Shown here piece by piece: positions 9,707 through 19,205 of a stretch of DNA of 64,000 nucleotides (positions are counted from its first letter, which is position 1; each line of letters begins with the position of its first letter). The stretch is from contig JADGDO010000002.1 of the NCBI GenBank assembly GCA_016744855.1, positions 96,374-160,373 of the forward strand, read 5' to 3'. The stretch comes from Candidatus Fermentibacteraceae bacterium (GTDB taxonomy: Bacteria > Fermentibacterota > Fermentibacteria > Fermentibacterales > JCC-6). The notes beneath the pieces were generated by a model. The model had not been told where the DNA came from. It ran no database searches and worked only from the letters and a program-made list of their open reading frames with translations. The translations under genes were made by a program, and so were the position numbers.

Positions 9707-10385
9707 TAAGACTCAATTCAAAAAGAATATACAGTGGAAGCGCAAGCATAACCTGTGTTAGCGGATCAGGCGGGGTCAGTATTGCAGCCATGATAAGCAG
9801 CCCCACAACCACATGTCGCCGGTAGACCGCAAGAGTGGCAGGTTCAATGATTCCGGTTTTTGTAAGAAACAGCACAGCAAGAGGAAGCTGGAAGGCTGCA
9901 CCAAAAATCAGGAGGAAAGAACCGATAAACCCTATGTAGGAAGAAACACTCCAGGCTCCGTGAATGTTTCCTGTTTCAAAGCTCTGGAAGAGCAGAAGTG
10001 CAGGAGCACGCATTACAAACCATGCAAAGGCAGCTCCTCCAATAAAAAGGAATGCACCAGCGACAGATACCGATACAACAGCTTTGCGTTCGGTTAGGTA
10101 AAGACCTGGAGCTACGAAACGCCATATCTGGAAAAGCAGTATGGGAGAGGCCAGTATAATTCCGATGGTTACAGCAAGTTTCAAATGAGCTGTAACTGCT
10201 TCAGCAGGAGCTAAAGCCACCAGATCACATGGAGAAGTGGAGGTAACGAAATTAGTTAGATATCTACTGAAAAAGAATGCTGTTGCTGAAAGAAGACCAA
10301 CAGATATAACCATTACAAATATTCGTCTTCTGAATTCTTCCAAATGGTCCCAAAAAGAGCCTTCTCCGTCCGGTATCACTGCCAT
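9663..10385 (-). CDS. tatC: Twin-arginine translocase subunit TatC
   Basis: HLEEFRRR, FVAPGLY, TPPD, LFELS; six TM segments. Confidence 0.95.
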   Translation of the reverse strand: MAVIPDGEGSFWDHLEEFRRRIFVMVISVGLLSATAFFFSRYLTNFVTSTSPCDLVALAPAEAVTAHLKLAVTIGIILASPILLFQIWRFVAPGLYLTERKAVVSVSVAGAFLFIGGAAFAWFVMRAPALLLFQSFETGNIHGAWSVSSYIGFIGSFLLIFGAAFQLPLAVLFLTKTGIIEPATLAVYRRHVVVGLLIMAAILTPPDPLTQVMLALPLYILFELSLIVARISFRKARSAA

Positions 10386-11371
10386 ATTTTTTCCAGAAGA
10401 TCTTTCTCGGAAGCTCTATCCAGGAGAAGCTGTCTGCAGTTTTCCCATCCATCAGGAATTATCCAAATTCGCCCCATAGCAGTGGTTTTCTTGTCACTTT
10501 CAAGGTGTTCCAGAATGCTTTCCAGAGTGATCATATCAGGGATTTCAGTTTCTATGCCGAGTTTAGCAGCAATCCCGGAAAATTCTTCAGCAAAAGCATG
10601 ATTACCGAGCATCTCTGCCACAATCGGGATTCCCATTGCAACAGCAGCTCCATGACTGATTTCCAGCTTAGTTGCAGCTTCAATGCAGTGGCCGATTGTA
10701 TGCCCGAGGTTAAGTAATCGTCTCTCTCCTGTTTCCTCAATATCCGCTGCGACGATTCTTCCCTTTACGGTCAGGCAGGCTTCAACTGCCCTGGTATAGT
10801 CTTTCTTCAGCAGGTAATCGACGATACGCCTGTCACCTATTACAGCAGTTTTCAGTGCTTCCGCCAGTCCGTTCATCATTTCTGACGGTGGGAGAGAGTC
10901 GAGAAAGGCGGTACATATTACAATCTCAGAAGCAGGATACACTGTGCCTGCCTGATTTTTTTTACCTCTGATATTTACAGCTGTTTTACCTCCCAGAGAA
11001 GCATCCACCATGCAGAGAAGGGTACTTGGAACAAGGGTTAAGTGCACCCCGCGCTTCCATGTAGAAGCGGCAAATGCTCCTATATCACAAACAGTCCCGC
11101 CTCCGATAACAACTACTCTGGAATCTTTTCTTAACTCTGCTCGACTCATTTCAAAGAGAAGTTTCTCCAAAGTAGAGAGCGTTTTAGCTGCCTCTCCTCC
11201 CTGAAGAATGACCACGTTACTACAGACAGGCAATGCTTCTCCATGATTTTTTTCTACTTCGGCGTCAAGAATAAGAAGATCGGGAGAGACATCGAGGTCT
11301 GCAACACATTTCACCATTCGCACATCGGTGAAGGCATCGGGTCTGGGGAAAGTAAATTTAGTGCTACTCAT
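10376..11371 (-). CDS. aroB: 3-dehydroquinate synthase
   Basis: GGGTVCD, PSTLLCMVDASLGGKT, LNLGHTIGH, HGAAVA, DKK. Confidence 0.9.
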   Translation of the reverse strand: MSSTKFTFPRPDAFTDVRMVKCVADLDVSPDLLILDAEVEKNHGEALPVCSNVVILQGGEAAKTLSTLEKLLFEMSRAELRKDSRVVVIGGGTVCDIGAFAASTWKRGVHLTLVPSTLLCMVDASLGGKTAVNIRGKKNQAGTVYPASEIVICTAFLDSLPPSEMMNGLAEALKTAVIGDRRIVDYLLKKDYTRAVEACLTVKGRIVAADIEETGERRLLNLGHTIGHCIEAATKLEISHGAAVAMGIPIVAEMLGNHAFAEEFSGIAAKLGIETEIPDMITLESILEHLESDKKTTAMGRIWIIPDGWENCRQLLLDRASEKDLLEKIWQ

Positions 11372-11377
11372 TGAATA

Positions 11378-12031
11378 CTATTCTTCTCCACCGGTGAAAG
11401 AGGTAAGTGTAATCAAGCTGTCTGAAGACTGTATTCTAACAATCCCAACATCGGGAGCAAGCCAGATATTACGTACAGAAACAGTTGTTTCCGGTGCAAA
11501 ACCCGCTGTCTGAATCCAATTGATAGTCATTTCATTCTGATGGATTCTGTAACATTGACTCCACTCACCACCGGGTGAAACTTCCGGTCCTGAAACTATC
11601 TGATCGCGTATCCAGGTGTGACTCAACGTAACACCCTGACTGACTGCCTGTGTGCTTACTGAATCTCTTAATGTCATACCATTTGCCAGCGGCCATTCGA
11701 ACATGGTTATCCATGCCTGGTATATCGGAACTTCAAAGCCGTTAAAAAGTACGGAATGGTCTTCGAACTTCTCCAGCTTTCCATCCTCATTAATCCAGTA
11801 GTTGTAATCAGCACCGGACTGTAATCTCCAGCAGGGTCGCTCTCCCATAATGGTCTGATCTACTACTGTAACTATTCTGCTTCCGCCACCCTCAATAGAG
11901 TACTCCCATGTAGCACCGGCCGGCGACACGGGGAAGTAATCCGATGAAAGTCTGAAATAGAGAGGATTGCTTTCACAAGCAGGTAAAATGATAAGAAGCA
12001 GCGCAGTGACTATTGTTAAAAACCTTTTCAC
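11378..12031 (-). CDS. Hypothetical lipoprotein
   Basis: Lipobox LPAC; YFP...W.Y and WLAPDVGIV pattern. Confidence 0.7.
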   Translation of the reverse strand: MKRFLTIVTALLLIILPACESNPLYFRLSSDYFPVSPAGATWEYSIEGGGSRIVTVVDQTIMGERPCWRLQSGADYNYWINEDGKLEKFEDHSVLFNGFEVPIYQAWITMFEWPLANGMTLRDSVSTQAVSQGVTLSHTWIRDQIVSGPEVSPGGEWSQCYRIHQNEMTINWIQTAGFAPETTVSVRNIWLAPDVGIVRIQSSDSLITLTSFTGGEE

Positions 12032-12555
12032 AGCTGCACCTCCCTTGAAATACCAAATGTTAACTTAAAAGCATCTCCCGATTTCTCAGAAGCCATTACT
12101 CCTTCAAGATCGAATCCCAGCCCCGCGCGCCATGGTGAACCAAGACTGAAGTTCCACCTAATTCCTGCTCGCCAGACAGGGTCCCAACTTTCTGTATCAA
12201 CTCCTCCACCCGATGCAAGACGGCTCATGCAATAACCGAAACCGGCAACTATACCGGGGTTAAAGGTAGCACCGTGGGGGCGGAGAAAAAATGAAACAAT
12301 TCCCATCGGCTTAAGCTGGGTAAACGATGCGCTGCCCTGATTGGCATCACCGAAAACAGCCCCCTCTACTCCGAGGCCTGCTCTGAGTTTCCGGGAGAAA
12401 AACCAGTTACCGTACAAGCCCCCAGAAAGCCCACTACTTAGATTTTCACCCCAACCACCTATAGGCGTAACGCCTGCTCCTTCAAAAACAAAATTCATTG
12501 TTCCCGCCATCAGAGTAGCAGACACAATAAGCATCAGAATCGTGGCCTTGTACAA
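12028..12555 (-). CDS. Small outer-membrane beta-barrel protein
   Basis: Signal peptide; Gly/aromatic alternating strands. Confidence 0.6.
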   Translation of the reverse strand: MYKATILMLIVSATLMAGTMNFVFEGAGVTPIGGWGENLSSGLSGGLYGNWFFSRKLRAGLGVEGAVFGDANQGSASFTQLKPMGIVSFFLRPHGATFNPGIVAGFGYCMSRLASGGGVDTESWDPVWRAGIRWNFSLGSPWRAGLGFDLEGVMASEKSGDAFKLTFGISREVQL

Positions 12556-12563
12556 AATGCCTC

Positions 12564-13325
12564 CTATACGTCAAAGAAGGGCAGAGCCTCGTATGGCTTT
12601 CCCGCTAGAATTCTAAATTTTCCTTCAGCAACCCGGTCACAGGTTTCCATAGCCAGCTCTGCTGTATTGTTTTCTTCACTGAGGTGTGCTGCCACACAGA
12701 AACCAAGGTCCTTATGAATAACCATAGCAAGGGCTTCTGCCGCTGCGTCATTCGAAAGGTGCCCCTCTCCTGAAGCAATTCTCTGTTTCAGCGGCCAGGG
12801 GTAAGAACCATTCCAAAGCATATCAGTATCATGATTAAACTCAAAGACCAGTCCGTGACAGCCTTCAAGCATTGTTCTTGCAAGTGGACTAAAAACACCC
12901 ATATCTGTTGCAATACCGAGTTTACGCCCCCCTGCAGTAACAGTAAAACCGCTTGGATCCCTGGCATCGTGTGAGATGCTCCAGGGCTGAACGGTGAATT
13001 TCCCTACCTGAACCGTATCTCCATTGCAAAAATACTCGAGGCCGTGAAGTTTCTGCCCCACGAGTTTTGAGCCGTGTATTGTGCCCTCTGTACCGAAAAC
13101 AGGAATCTCCCATTTTCTAGCAAGAATTCCTGCAGCCCTGGAATGATCACTGTGCTCATGACTAACAAACAGCCCAACTGCCTCTGCCTCAGGCAGAGCA
13201 GAACTTTGTAGTCGAAGAAGGTGCTGCTTGCCACTGAGACCAGCATCAAAAAAGAGCATCTGACCCTCGTATTCAACTGCAAGAGCATTACCGGAAGATC
13301 CACTTGCCAATACAGCTAAATTCAT
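12564..13325 (-). CDS. MBL-fold metallohydrolase (YycJ/WalJ-like)
   Basis: LASGSSGN, SHEHSDH, HDA, EFNHD, GHLSN, HLSEENN. Confidence 0.9.
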   Translation of the reverse strand: MNLAVLASGSSGNALAVEYEGQMLFFDAGLSGKQHLLRLQSSALPEAEAVGLFVSHEHSDHSRAAGILARKWEIPVFGTEGTIHGSKLVGQKLHGLEYFCNGDTVQVGKFTVQPWSISHDARDPSGFTVTAGGRKLGIATDMGVFSPLARTMLEGCHGLVFEFNHDTDMLWNGSYPWPLKQRIASGEGHLSNDAAAEALAMVIHKDLGFCVAAHLSEENNTAELAMETCDRVAEGKFRILAGKPYEALPFFDV

Positions 13326-14455
13326 TGAGGTATCCTCACTCTGTTGAAATATGCTGGAGATATACCGTGTTCAGGGGAACCGCTTCCCCAACTCGTCTGA
13401 ACTATCTGCTCGGTTCCCTCTGGCAGAGAATTCAAACTAAAAATACACACACCTCCCGCGCCGAGTTCCAGAGCTCTCTCTGAACCGGCTAAAGCGTTGC
13501 TTACCGTCTGATTCCATACACCGATACCGTACACAACTTTTTCAGGAAAAATTGAAGTAGTCGAGGCTGCGAGTTCTAGAGCCCGTTCTGGATCAGATGT
13601 ATAGGCCATCGGGCAGACAAAATCTACGATCCCGGAGGTTAACCAGCTCTGCCAGTCACAAGAGAACTCAGAAGCAGCAGAATATGGATTTGCCATTACT
13701 GCGCAGGAAAGAAGTACACCGGGGTCAGTAGAACGAAGTGAAGCTCTGACTGAAACAACAGTTTCAGTAACCTGTTCCTGCCGCCATATCCCCCATTGAT
13801 CCGGATTTTCTTCAGGAGAAAAGGAGGTGGCAAGGTAAAAAAGTTCGGTCTCTTCTGCTGAAAAACCGAATGAAGAATTGGGATATCTTATGTAATCAAG
13901 ATGAATACCATCAATATTGTAGTTCTCTGCAATCTCAACAGCAATGTCGGTTATGTACTCTCTAACACCCGGATGAGCCGGGGAAAGAGTTGCTCCTACC
14001 AGGCCCGCTGCTTCAGCCTGTTCCTGGGTATAGGATCTTGAACTGCGTCCGTTCTTATGAGCTGTGAACCATTCAGGATGAGTGTGGTAAATATGCAGGG
14101 GAGAGAGGGGTTCCCACGGAGCTGACCAGACCAGAAAAGCATTTACCCATGCATGGACTTCAAGACCCATAGGGCCGGCTTTCTGAATCACATAGAGAAG
14201 CGGATCTTCAAAACCGGAGTATACCGCATGGGGAAGAATAGCAGATCTGTAGTATGCTTCTCCCCTTCCAACGACCTGTACCATAATTCCGTTAGCACCA
14301 GCAGACTGAGCTCTTAGGAGCAGCTCATCTATTTCCTCCGGGCTGGTCAAGGCGTCCCTTACAACCCAGAAATACCTGCAATTTTCCTCAGCAGATGCCA
14401 CAGCAGCAGTTATAAGCAAAACGAAAATCAATATGAATTTATTGTAGTGAAGCAC
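13322..14455 (-). CDS. Glycoside hydrolase-like family 10 (DUF187/YddW-type) exported protein
   Basis: Signal peptide; GLEVHAW, DGIHLDYIRYP, PMAY. Confidence 0.85.
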   Translation of the reverse strand: MLHYNKFILIFVLLITAAVASAEENCRYFWVVRDALTSPEEIDELLLRAQSAGANGIMVQVVGRGEAYYRSAILPHAVYSGFEDPLLYVIQKAGPMGLEVHAWVNAFLVWSAPWEPLSPLHIYHTHPEWFTAHKNGRSSRSYTQEQAEAAGLVGATLSPAHPGVREYITDIAVEIAENYNIDGIHLDYIRYPNSSFGFSAEETELFYLATSFSPEENPDQWGIWRQEQVTETVVSVRASLRSTDPGVLLSCAVMANPYSAASEFSCDWQSWLTSGIVDFVCPMAYTSDPERALELAASTTSIFPEKVVYGIGVWNQTVSNALAGSERALELGAGGVCIFSLNSLPEGTEQIVQTSWGSGSPEHGISPAYFNRVRIPQ

Positions 14456-15410
14456 TGAATTCTTCCTTTTGCGGTCTTAAGAAAAGTTCACCGATCGCTG
14501 TTTTCAAATTAGTTTCTCCATCTATAATACTTCGTACCATTGATGTTATCGGAAGTTCCACAGAAAGTTTTTCTGCAAGTGAAAGCATCGCATTAGAAGT
14601 AGGAACACCTTCAGCTAGACCTTTCATTATCTCTTCTTTTACCAGAGATTCTCCATAATTTCTGTTTCGGCTGTATTTCGAGAAAAGTGTTGCCTCGTAA
14701 TCTCCAAGGTGCGAGAGGCCGTAAACGCTTCTCCAGTCTCCTCCTGATGCCTGAACCAGTCTTGCAACCTCCTGTGGGGCCCTAGCCATAAGTGCCCCTT
14801 TCAACCCGCTCATATTCATTCCATCAAGCATGCCTGCTGCGATTCCTACAACATTTTTCGCTGCTGCTCCGATCTCGCACCCGATAAGGTCTGTAGACCT
14901 GTACATTCTGACAAGTGACGAGCCCATACGCCCGGTTACCCTAATTGCTGCTGCTTCATCAAGAGAGCTAATCAGCATGCAGCCTGGAACACCGGCTACA
15001 AAATCCTGAGGATGCCCGGGGCCAACCCAAATACAGACAGATCTGGCTCGGAGCCCTTCTTCCTCGGCAACCACAGAGAGCCTTTTACCTGTAGACAACT
15101 CAAGCCCCTTCATACAGAGTACAACGTCTGTTCCAGAAAGATCATGAGTAGACAACTGCGCTGCCAGCCCTCTGAATAGCTGAGCTGGAACAGATATTAT
15201 GATCTGATCGGCATCGAGAGCTTCTTCCAGATCAGTAGTAAGTAAGATAGAATCCTGAAGGGTCAGATACCGGTTGGATCTATCTCTTCGCAGTAAAGAA
15301 AAATTCTCGCTGTCAGCCGGTTCCCAGCCCGTTACCTCATAACCTGATTCAGCTGCATACCAGAGATGGAAACTACCCCATCTTCCACAGCCGAGTACTG
15401 AAATTTTCAT
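14439..15410 (-). CDS. gpsA: NAD(P)H-dependent glycerol-3-phosphate dehydrogenase
   Basis: Start ATG 15410 (MKISVLGCGRWG); KGLE, GP, KNVVGIAAG, LGD, SRNR, AEG. The longer ORF-track start overlaps the divergent gene. Confidence 0.92.
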   Translation of the reverse strand: MKISVLGCGRWGSFHLWYAAESGYEVTGWEPADSENFSLLRRDRSNRYLTLQDSILLTTDLEEALDADQIIISVPAQLFRGLAAQLSTHDLSGTDVVLCMKGLELSTGKRLSVVAEEEGLRARSVCIWVGPGHPQDFVAGVPGCMLISSLDEAAAIRVTGRMGSSLVRMYRSTDLIGCEIGAAAKNVVGIAAGMLDGMNMSGLKGALMARAPQEVARLVQASGGDWRSVYGLSHLGDYEATLFSKYSRNRNYGESLVKEEIMKGLAEGVPTSNAMLSLAEKLSVELPITSMVRSIIDGETNLKTAIGELFLRPQKEEFSASLQ

Positions 15411-15518
15411 GCAGAAGGCTCCTTCCCCCGTTACACAGAATATAGTATTCCAACGGTTTTTTGACATTCTGAATTGTCGTGGTAATTTATGGGGGTACAC
15501 AATCCAAAGGAGAAAAAT

Positions 15519-16640
15519 ATGAAAATGGTCGTCACTTCCCTTCTGGCAGTACTTCTTATGGTTTCCTGCGGAACCGCAGAGGAGGAAACCGCAGAAGAAG
15601 CCACCAGTGTTCCATCCCTCCCGGTAGACACTCTTGAGATAGCAGGTTACATTGGCGAGGAACTGGGTGATTCCACAAACACATTCGGTATTCTCTCTGA
15701 CGCGGAGTACCACGAAGGAACAGGAAACATTCTCATTCTCGATAATGGTATTGGCTGCATAAAAGAGTATACCCCCTCTGGAGATTATATCAGACAGATT
15801 TCCCGTAACGGCAGCGGACCGGGAGAACTTTCTTTTGCAACAATGGAATTTTTCCAGATGGGTGGAAGAACTATAGCTGTTAACAGGATGAAACAGGGTT
15901 TTGTTGTCTTTAATGATTCGCTGGACTACGAAGAAGAACTATCTCTCTGGCCGCAGAATCAACCCATGCAGAATGTTGCTCTCACGGATAGCATTTTCGC
16001 TTCCTATCAGCCTGATTTTGCTGAAGCCGGTGAGGGAAGGTTTGCAATGAACAGACGCATTGTTCTTTTCTCATACGGAGAAGAAGAATACAACCTTACC
16101 CTCTGGGAAGATTCCACAGAACTATCAATGAGCGATTTGATATCCAACCCTTCATTTTTTATAACTGATTTCATTCTCGGTGCTACCCTGGGCGGGAATG
16201 AGGAACTTGTTCTCTTCTCTCTTAAAGAAGGAGATGACTACACAATTCATGCCTGGTACCCGGACGGGTCAGAAGCATTCATTATTACAATGGATCTTGA
16301 ACCTGTACCCAAGACACCGGAGGAAATTGCCGAAGAGAAAGCCTATATAGAGGGATTCCTTGGCCAGATGGGCGGTGGAGACATGGGAGAATTTACACCC
16401 GAACCGAATCGTGATATGGTTATGAGTGTCGATATCGGCCCCGACGGCAACATCTGGGTACAGCGCGGAACTATGGAGCAACCCTTCTTTGATATTTTCG
16501 ACATGGAAGGCACACTCATCGGTCACAAGGTTTTCTCTGAGCCCGGCTGGACCTGGAGATTTACAATGGGGTCCAATGGAGTTCTTGCCTGGGAGGATGA
16601 TCCCGAGCTCGGTTTCCAGCAGCTTTTCATGGTCCAGTAA
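15519..16640 (+). CDS. Lipoprotein, six-bladed beta-propeller type
   Basis: AGGAG RBS then MKMVV...VSC lipobox; GSGPGE and DIGPDGNIWV motifs. Confidence 0.75.
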   Translation: MKMVVTSLLAVLLMVSCGTAEEETAEEATSVPSLPVDTLEIAGYIGEELGDSTNTFGILSDAEYHEGTGNILILDNGIGCIKEYTPSGDYIRQISRNGSGPGELSFATMEFFQMGGRTIAVNRMKQGFVVFNDSLDYEEELSLWPQNQPMQNVALTDSIFASYQPDFAEAGEGRFAMNRRIVLFSYGEEEYNLTLWEDSTELSMSDLISNPSFFITDFILGATLGGNEELVLFSLKEGDDYTIHAWYPDGSEAFIITMDLEPVPKTPEEIAEEKAYIEGFLGQMGGGDMGEFTPEPNRDMVMSVDIGPDGNIWVQRGTMEQPFFDIFDMEGTLIGHKVFSEPGWTWRFTMGSNGVLAWEDDPELGFQQLFMVQ

Positions 16641-16691
16641 ATCTTTCAGTTACGGGCCCGGGCTCTGTGCCCGGACCCGGAAGAGGGTGAA

Positions 16692-17681
16692 TTGAAGAAA
16701 GCACTAATAACAGGCGGGGCTGGCTTTATCGGGTATCACCTTGCTTTACACCTATCCCGTAGGGGTTACAGTGTTGATTTGTTCGATAATTTCGGCCGGG
16801 ATATTCATGATAGTTTTCTTCAGGAACTGATCGGCTGCAAGAATGTTAATCTGCTCCATCTTAACCTTCAGGAGAGAACGGTATTTGACAAGTTGAGTTC
16901 AGACTACAACATCATCTACCATATCGCAGAAACTACGGGAGTTAAGACTCTTTCCAGGAGCCCGTATGATGCTCTTACCAATAATTTGAACATGCTTCAG
17001 AATGTTATTGATCTGTGCAGGCGGCAACTCAGGCTGGAGAGACTTGTCTTCACATCAACAAGTGAAGTCTACTCCGGAACACAAAAGCATTTCACTCTAC
17101 CGATTCCCACACCGGAGACAACACCTCTTACCATACCCGAACTGTCTGAGAAGAGAACACCATCCATACTCTCAAAGATATACGGAGAAGCTCTCTGTCT
17201 TCACTCCGGTCTTCCTGTAACCATTGTACGACCTCACAACTTCTATGGCCCCGGGATGGGTCTCTCGTCAGTTGTTCCGGAGCTATTGATGAAAGCATTA
17301 CTCGATGACGAAAGTGATCTTAGACTATTTTCCCCGGATCACCGCAGAACTTTCTGCTACATCGATGATGCTGTTGAGATGATGAGTATTCTCTCAGAAT
17401 CAAAAGATTCTCTTGGAGAAGTCTTCAATGTGGGTAACCAGGAACCGGAGATTACCATAAGAGTTCTGGCCGAAATGATTCTTACAATTGCAGGGGCAAA
17501 AATGAGCATAAAAACCGGCCCGGTTACCGAAGGTTGTCCTGTACGCCGTTGCCCTGACATGAGCAAAACAAGAAAAGTAATAGGATACAACTCTGCTGTT
17601 TCTCTCGAAGATGGCCTTAAGCGCACTTTTGAGTGGTATAAGATGAACGTATTTCTCAATCATGGAAACAGTACGGTATGA
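16692..17681 (+). CDS. NAD-dependent epimerase/dehydratase (extended SDR), catalytic Tyr apparently missing
   Basis: TGGAGFIG, STSEVY, RPHNFYGP, RTFCYIDD; YxxxK position reads SILSK. Confidence 0.85.
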   Translation: MKKALITGGAGFIGYHLALHLSRRGYSVDLFDNFGRDIHDSFLQELIGCKNVNLLHLNLQERTVFDKLSSDYNIIYHIAETTGVKTLSRSPYDALTNNLNMLQNVIDLCRRQLRLERLVFTSTSEVYSGTQKHFTLPIPTPETTPLTIPELSEKRTPSILSKIYGEALCLHSGLPVTIVRPHNFYGPGMGLSSVVPELLMKALLDDESDLRLFSPDHRRTFCYIDDAVEMMSILSESKDSLGEVFNVGNQEPEITIRVLAEMILTIAGAKMSIKTGPVTEGCPVRRCPDMSKTRKVIGYNSAVSLEDGLKRTFEWYKMNVFLNHGNSTV

Positions 17682-17712
17682 AAAAGGGCAGCCTTTGCGG
17701 CTGCCCTTTTTT
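17681..17712. terminator. Bidirectional intrinsic terminator
   Basis: AAAAAGGGCAGCC-TTTGC-GGCTGCCCTTTTTT between convergent genes. Confidence 0.88.
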
Positions 17713-17726
17713 GCATATCCTGAGGA

Positions 17727-18941
17727 TCAGTCCGTAAGGACCATTCTGCATGAAGACACATCTGAACCGCTTGTGGCAACAACAGTATAAACACCTGTGG
17801 CCAGTGAAGCAGCATCTATGGTGACAAGATTTGCACCCTCAGAGAGGCTTGAAGCATCTGTCGAGGCAACCTGTCTTCCACATGCATCAAAAACCCTGAG
17901 AGCTGCATTTCCACCCAGAGGTGCCTGCACAGTAATATTTAAAAGACCACGAGCCGGGTTAACGGCCGGTGTAACGGCAAAACCTGTCTGGATCTGAGCA
18001 GATGACTCATCTGCAGTTCCTGTAAGGTCTGCCATGTAAATGTAGACAAAGCCGTCGAAGTCACTGACGATAAGATCGGGAGTACCGTCTTCGTCCCAGT
18101 CGTTCACAGCGAGTCTTGTACCAGTATAGAGATCAAGTGGGCTACCATTACTCTGAACAGCCTCAAACCCGCTGAATGCCGGTGCTTCGTCTGTTCCAGT
18201 GTTCTCATAGTAGTAGATCTGTCCATTACTCTCACCCATTATCAGATCTTTTTTACCATCACCATTCATGTCATATACCTGTGGGCAGCAGCGATATCTG
18301 TTGATATCAGCCCCTGAGCTTTGAATGTAAGACCATGTAGTAAGAACCGGATCTGTGACAGTACCTGAATTCAGGTAAAGTCTGATTCCCTGTGAAGTGG
18401 ATTCGTTGGCAATAAGAAGATCAAGAAGACCGTCATTGTTCCAGTCTACAACGACAGGAGCAGAATTTGCACCAACATCTATTGCAGTTCCACTGGCTGT
18501 GATGTGACCAACTGAAGTGAGATCATCAACACCGGAACCCGTTCTTTCAAAGTAGGTTACAAAACCATTTCGATCTCCAACAATAATGTCATCAAGGCCG
18601 TCACCGTTCCAATCCGCAACCTGCGGATTTGTAGCGCCGGTGCATCAACCGGAAGGAAGGGTGATTGCTGTTCCATCTGCTTTGATATTTGTGAAACTGT
18701 TAAAAACGGGTGAATCGTTGGTGTTTTCATTCGCATAAAAACGAATGTTACCACTTGTGAAGACTCCAAGAACCATATCCTTGTTTCCATCACCATTCCA
18801 GTCGGCAATGCAGGGTGCTCCGTAGTAACCAACATCAATGACGTTACCGGCGCACTCCTGGTAGTAAAAAGACTGATATGCTGGAGCCTGTGCCATACAC
18901 AGAGCAGCTGCAATCAGAAGCAGAAAAACAAGTTTTTTCAT
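17727..18941 (-). CDS. FG-GAP/VCBS-repeat protein with T9SS C-terminal domain; in-frame TGA at 18645-18647 probably selenocysteine (404 aa, U99)
   Basis: The frame stays open for 125 codons after the TGA and joins ORF 17727-18269. Five DxNxDGxxD-type repeats; ...TLPSG*CTGATNPQVADWNGDG...; C-terminal NP...FDACGR...LATGVY CTD; SECIS-like hairpin just downstream of the TGA. Confidence 0.85.
18602..18642 (-). promoter_or_regulatory. Bacterial SECIS element candidate
   Basis: After TGA: lower stem CACCG/CGGTG, upper stem AATCCGCA/TGCGGATT, apical GGT 23 nt from the UGA; core GCAGGTTGC resembles E. coli fdhF GCAGGTCTGC. Confidence 0.78.
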
Positions 18942-18981
18942 TTGTACTCCTTTGAATGTGACATTTCATGAAACACTCACG

Positions 18982-19010
18982 AGAATACTTGATGTCCACT
19001 CCCTAGTCAA
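18982..19010 (-). promoter_or_regulatory. Sigma70-type promoter of the FG-GAP gene
   Basis: Minus strand TTGACT-17 nt-TATTCT; AAAGGAG RBS before ATG 18941. Confidence 0.6.
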
Positions 19011-19205
19011 CTGATCGAGATAATATGTAACTAGCTCTAGCTTAGTCTATCTATCTCTGCTTTTTGTTAAAAACCGCACCCTACACCAATCTGGAAGAAG
19101 GGGATTAAGCGAGAATCATCGCTGTTGAAGAAATACCCACCCAAGGGAGAATTCCTGAATTTGAGAGTAAAATTATGATTGCACTTCTCATCTAACAATC
19201 TCCTT

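Noticed and set aside
16653-16679. GC-rich hairpin between the lipoprotein and epimerase genes
   Set aside because: No U tract and no other copies seen; not callable as a terminator or REP.
18645-18647. Genome-wide UGA reassignment (code 4 or 25) as the cause of the in-frame TGA
   Set aside because: TGA is the normal stop of many complete genes here (e.g. 17679-17681, 39588-39590, 47492-47494).
19011-19205. AT-rich intergenic stretch with CTAG/CTAT microrepeats
   Set aside because: No ORF, stable structure or regular repeat-spacer pattern; not CRISPR or a recognisable ncRNA.
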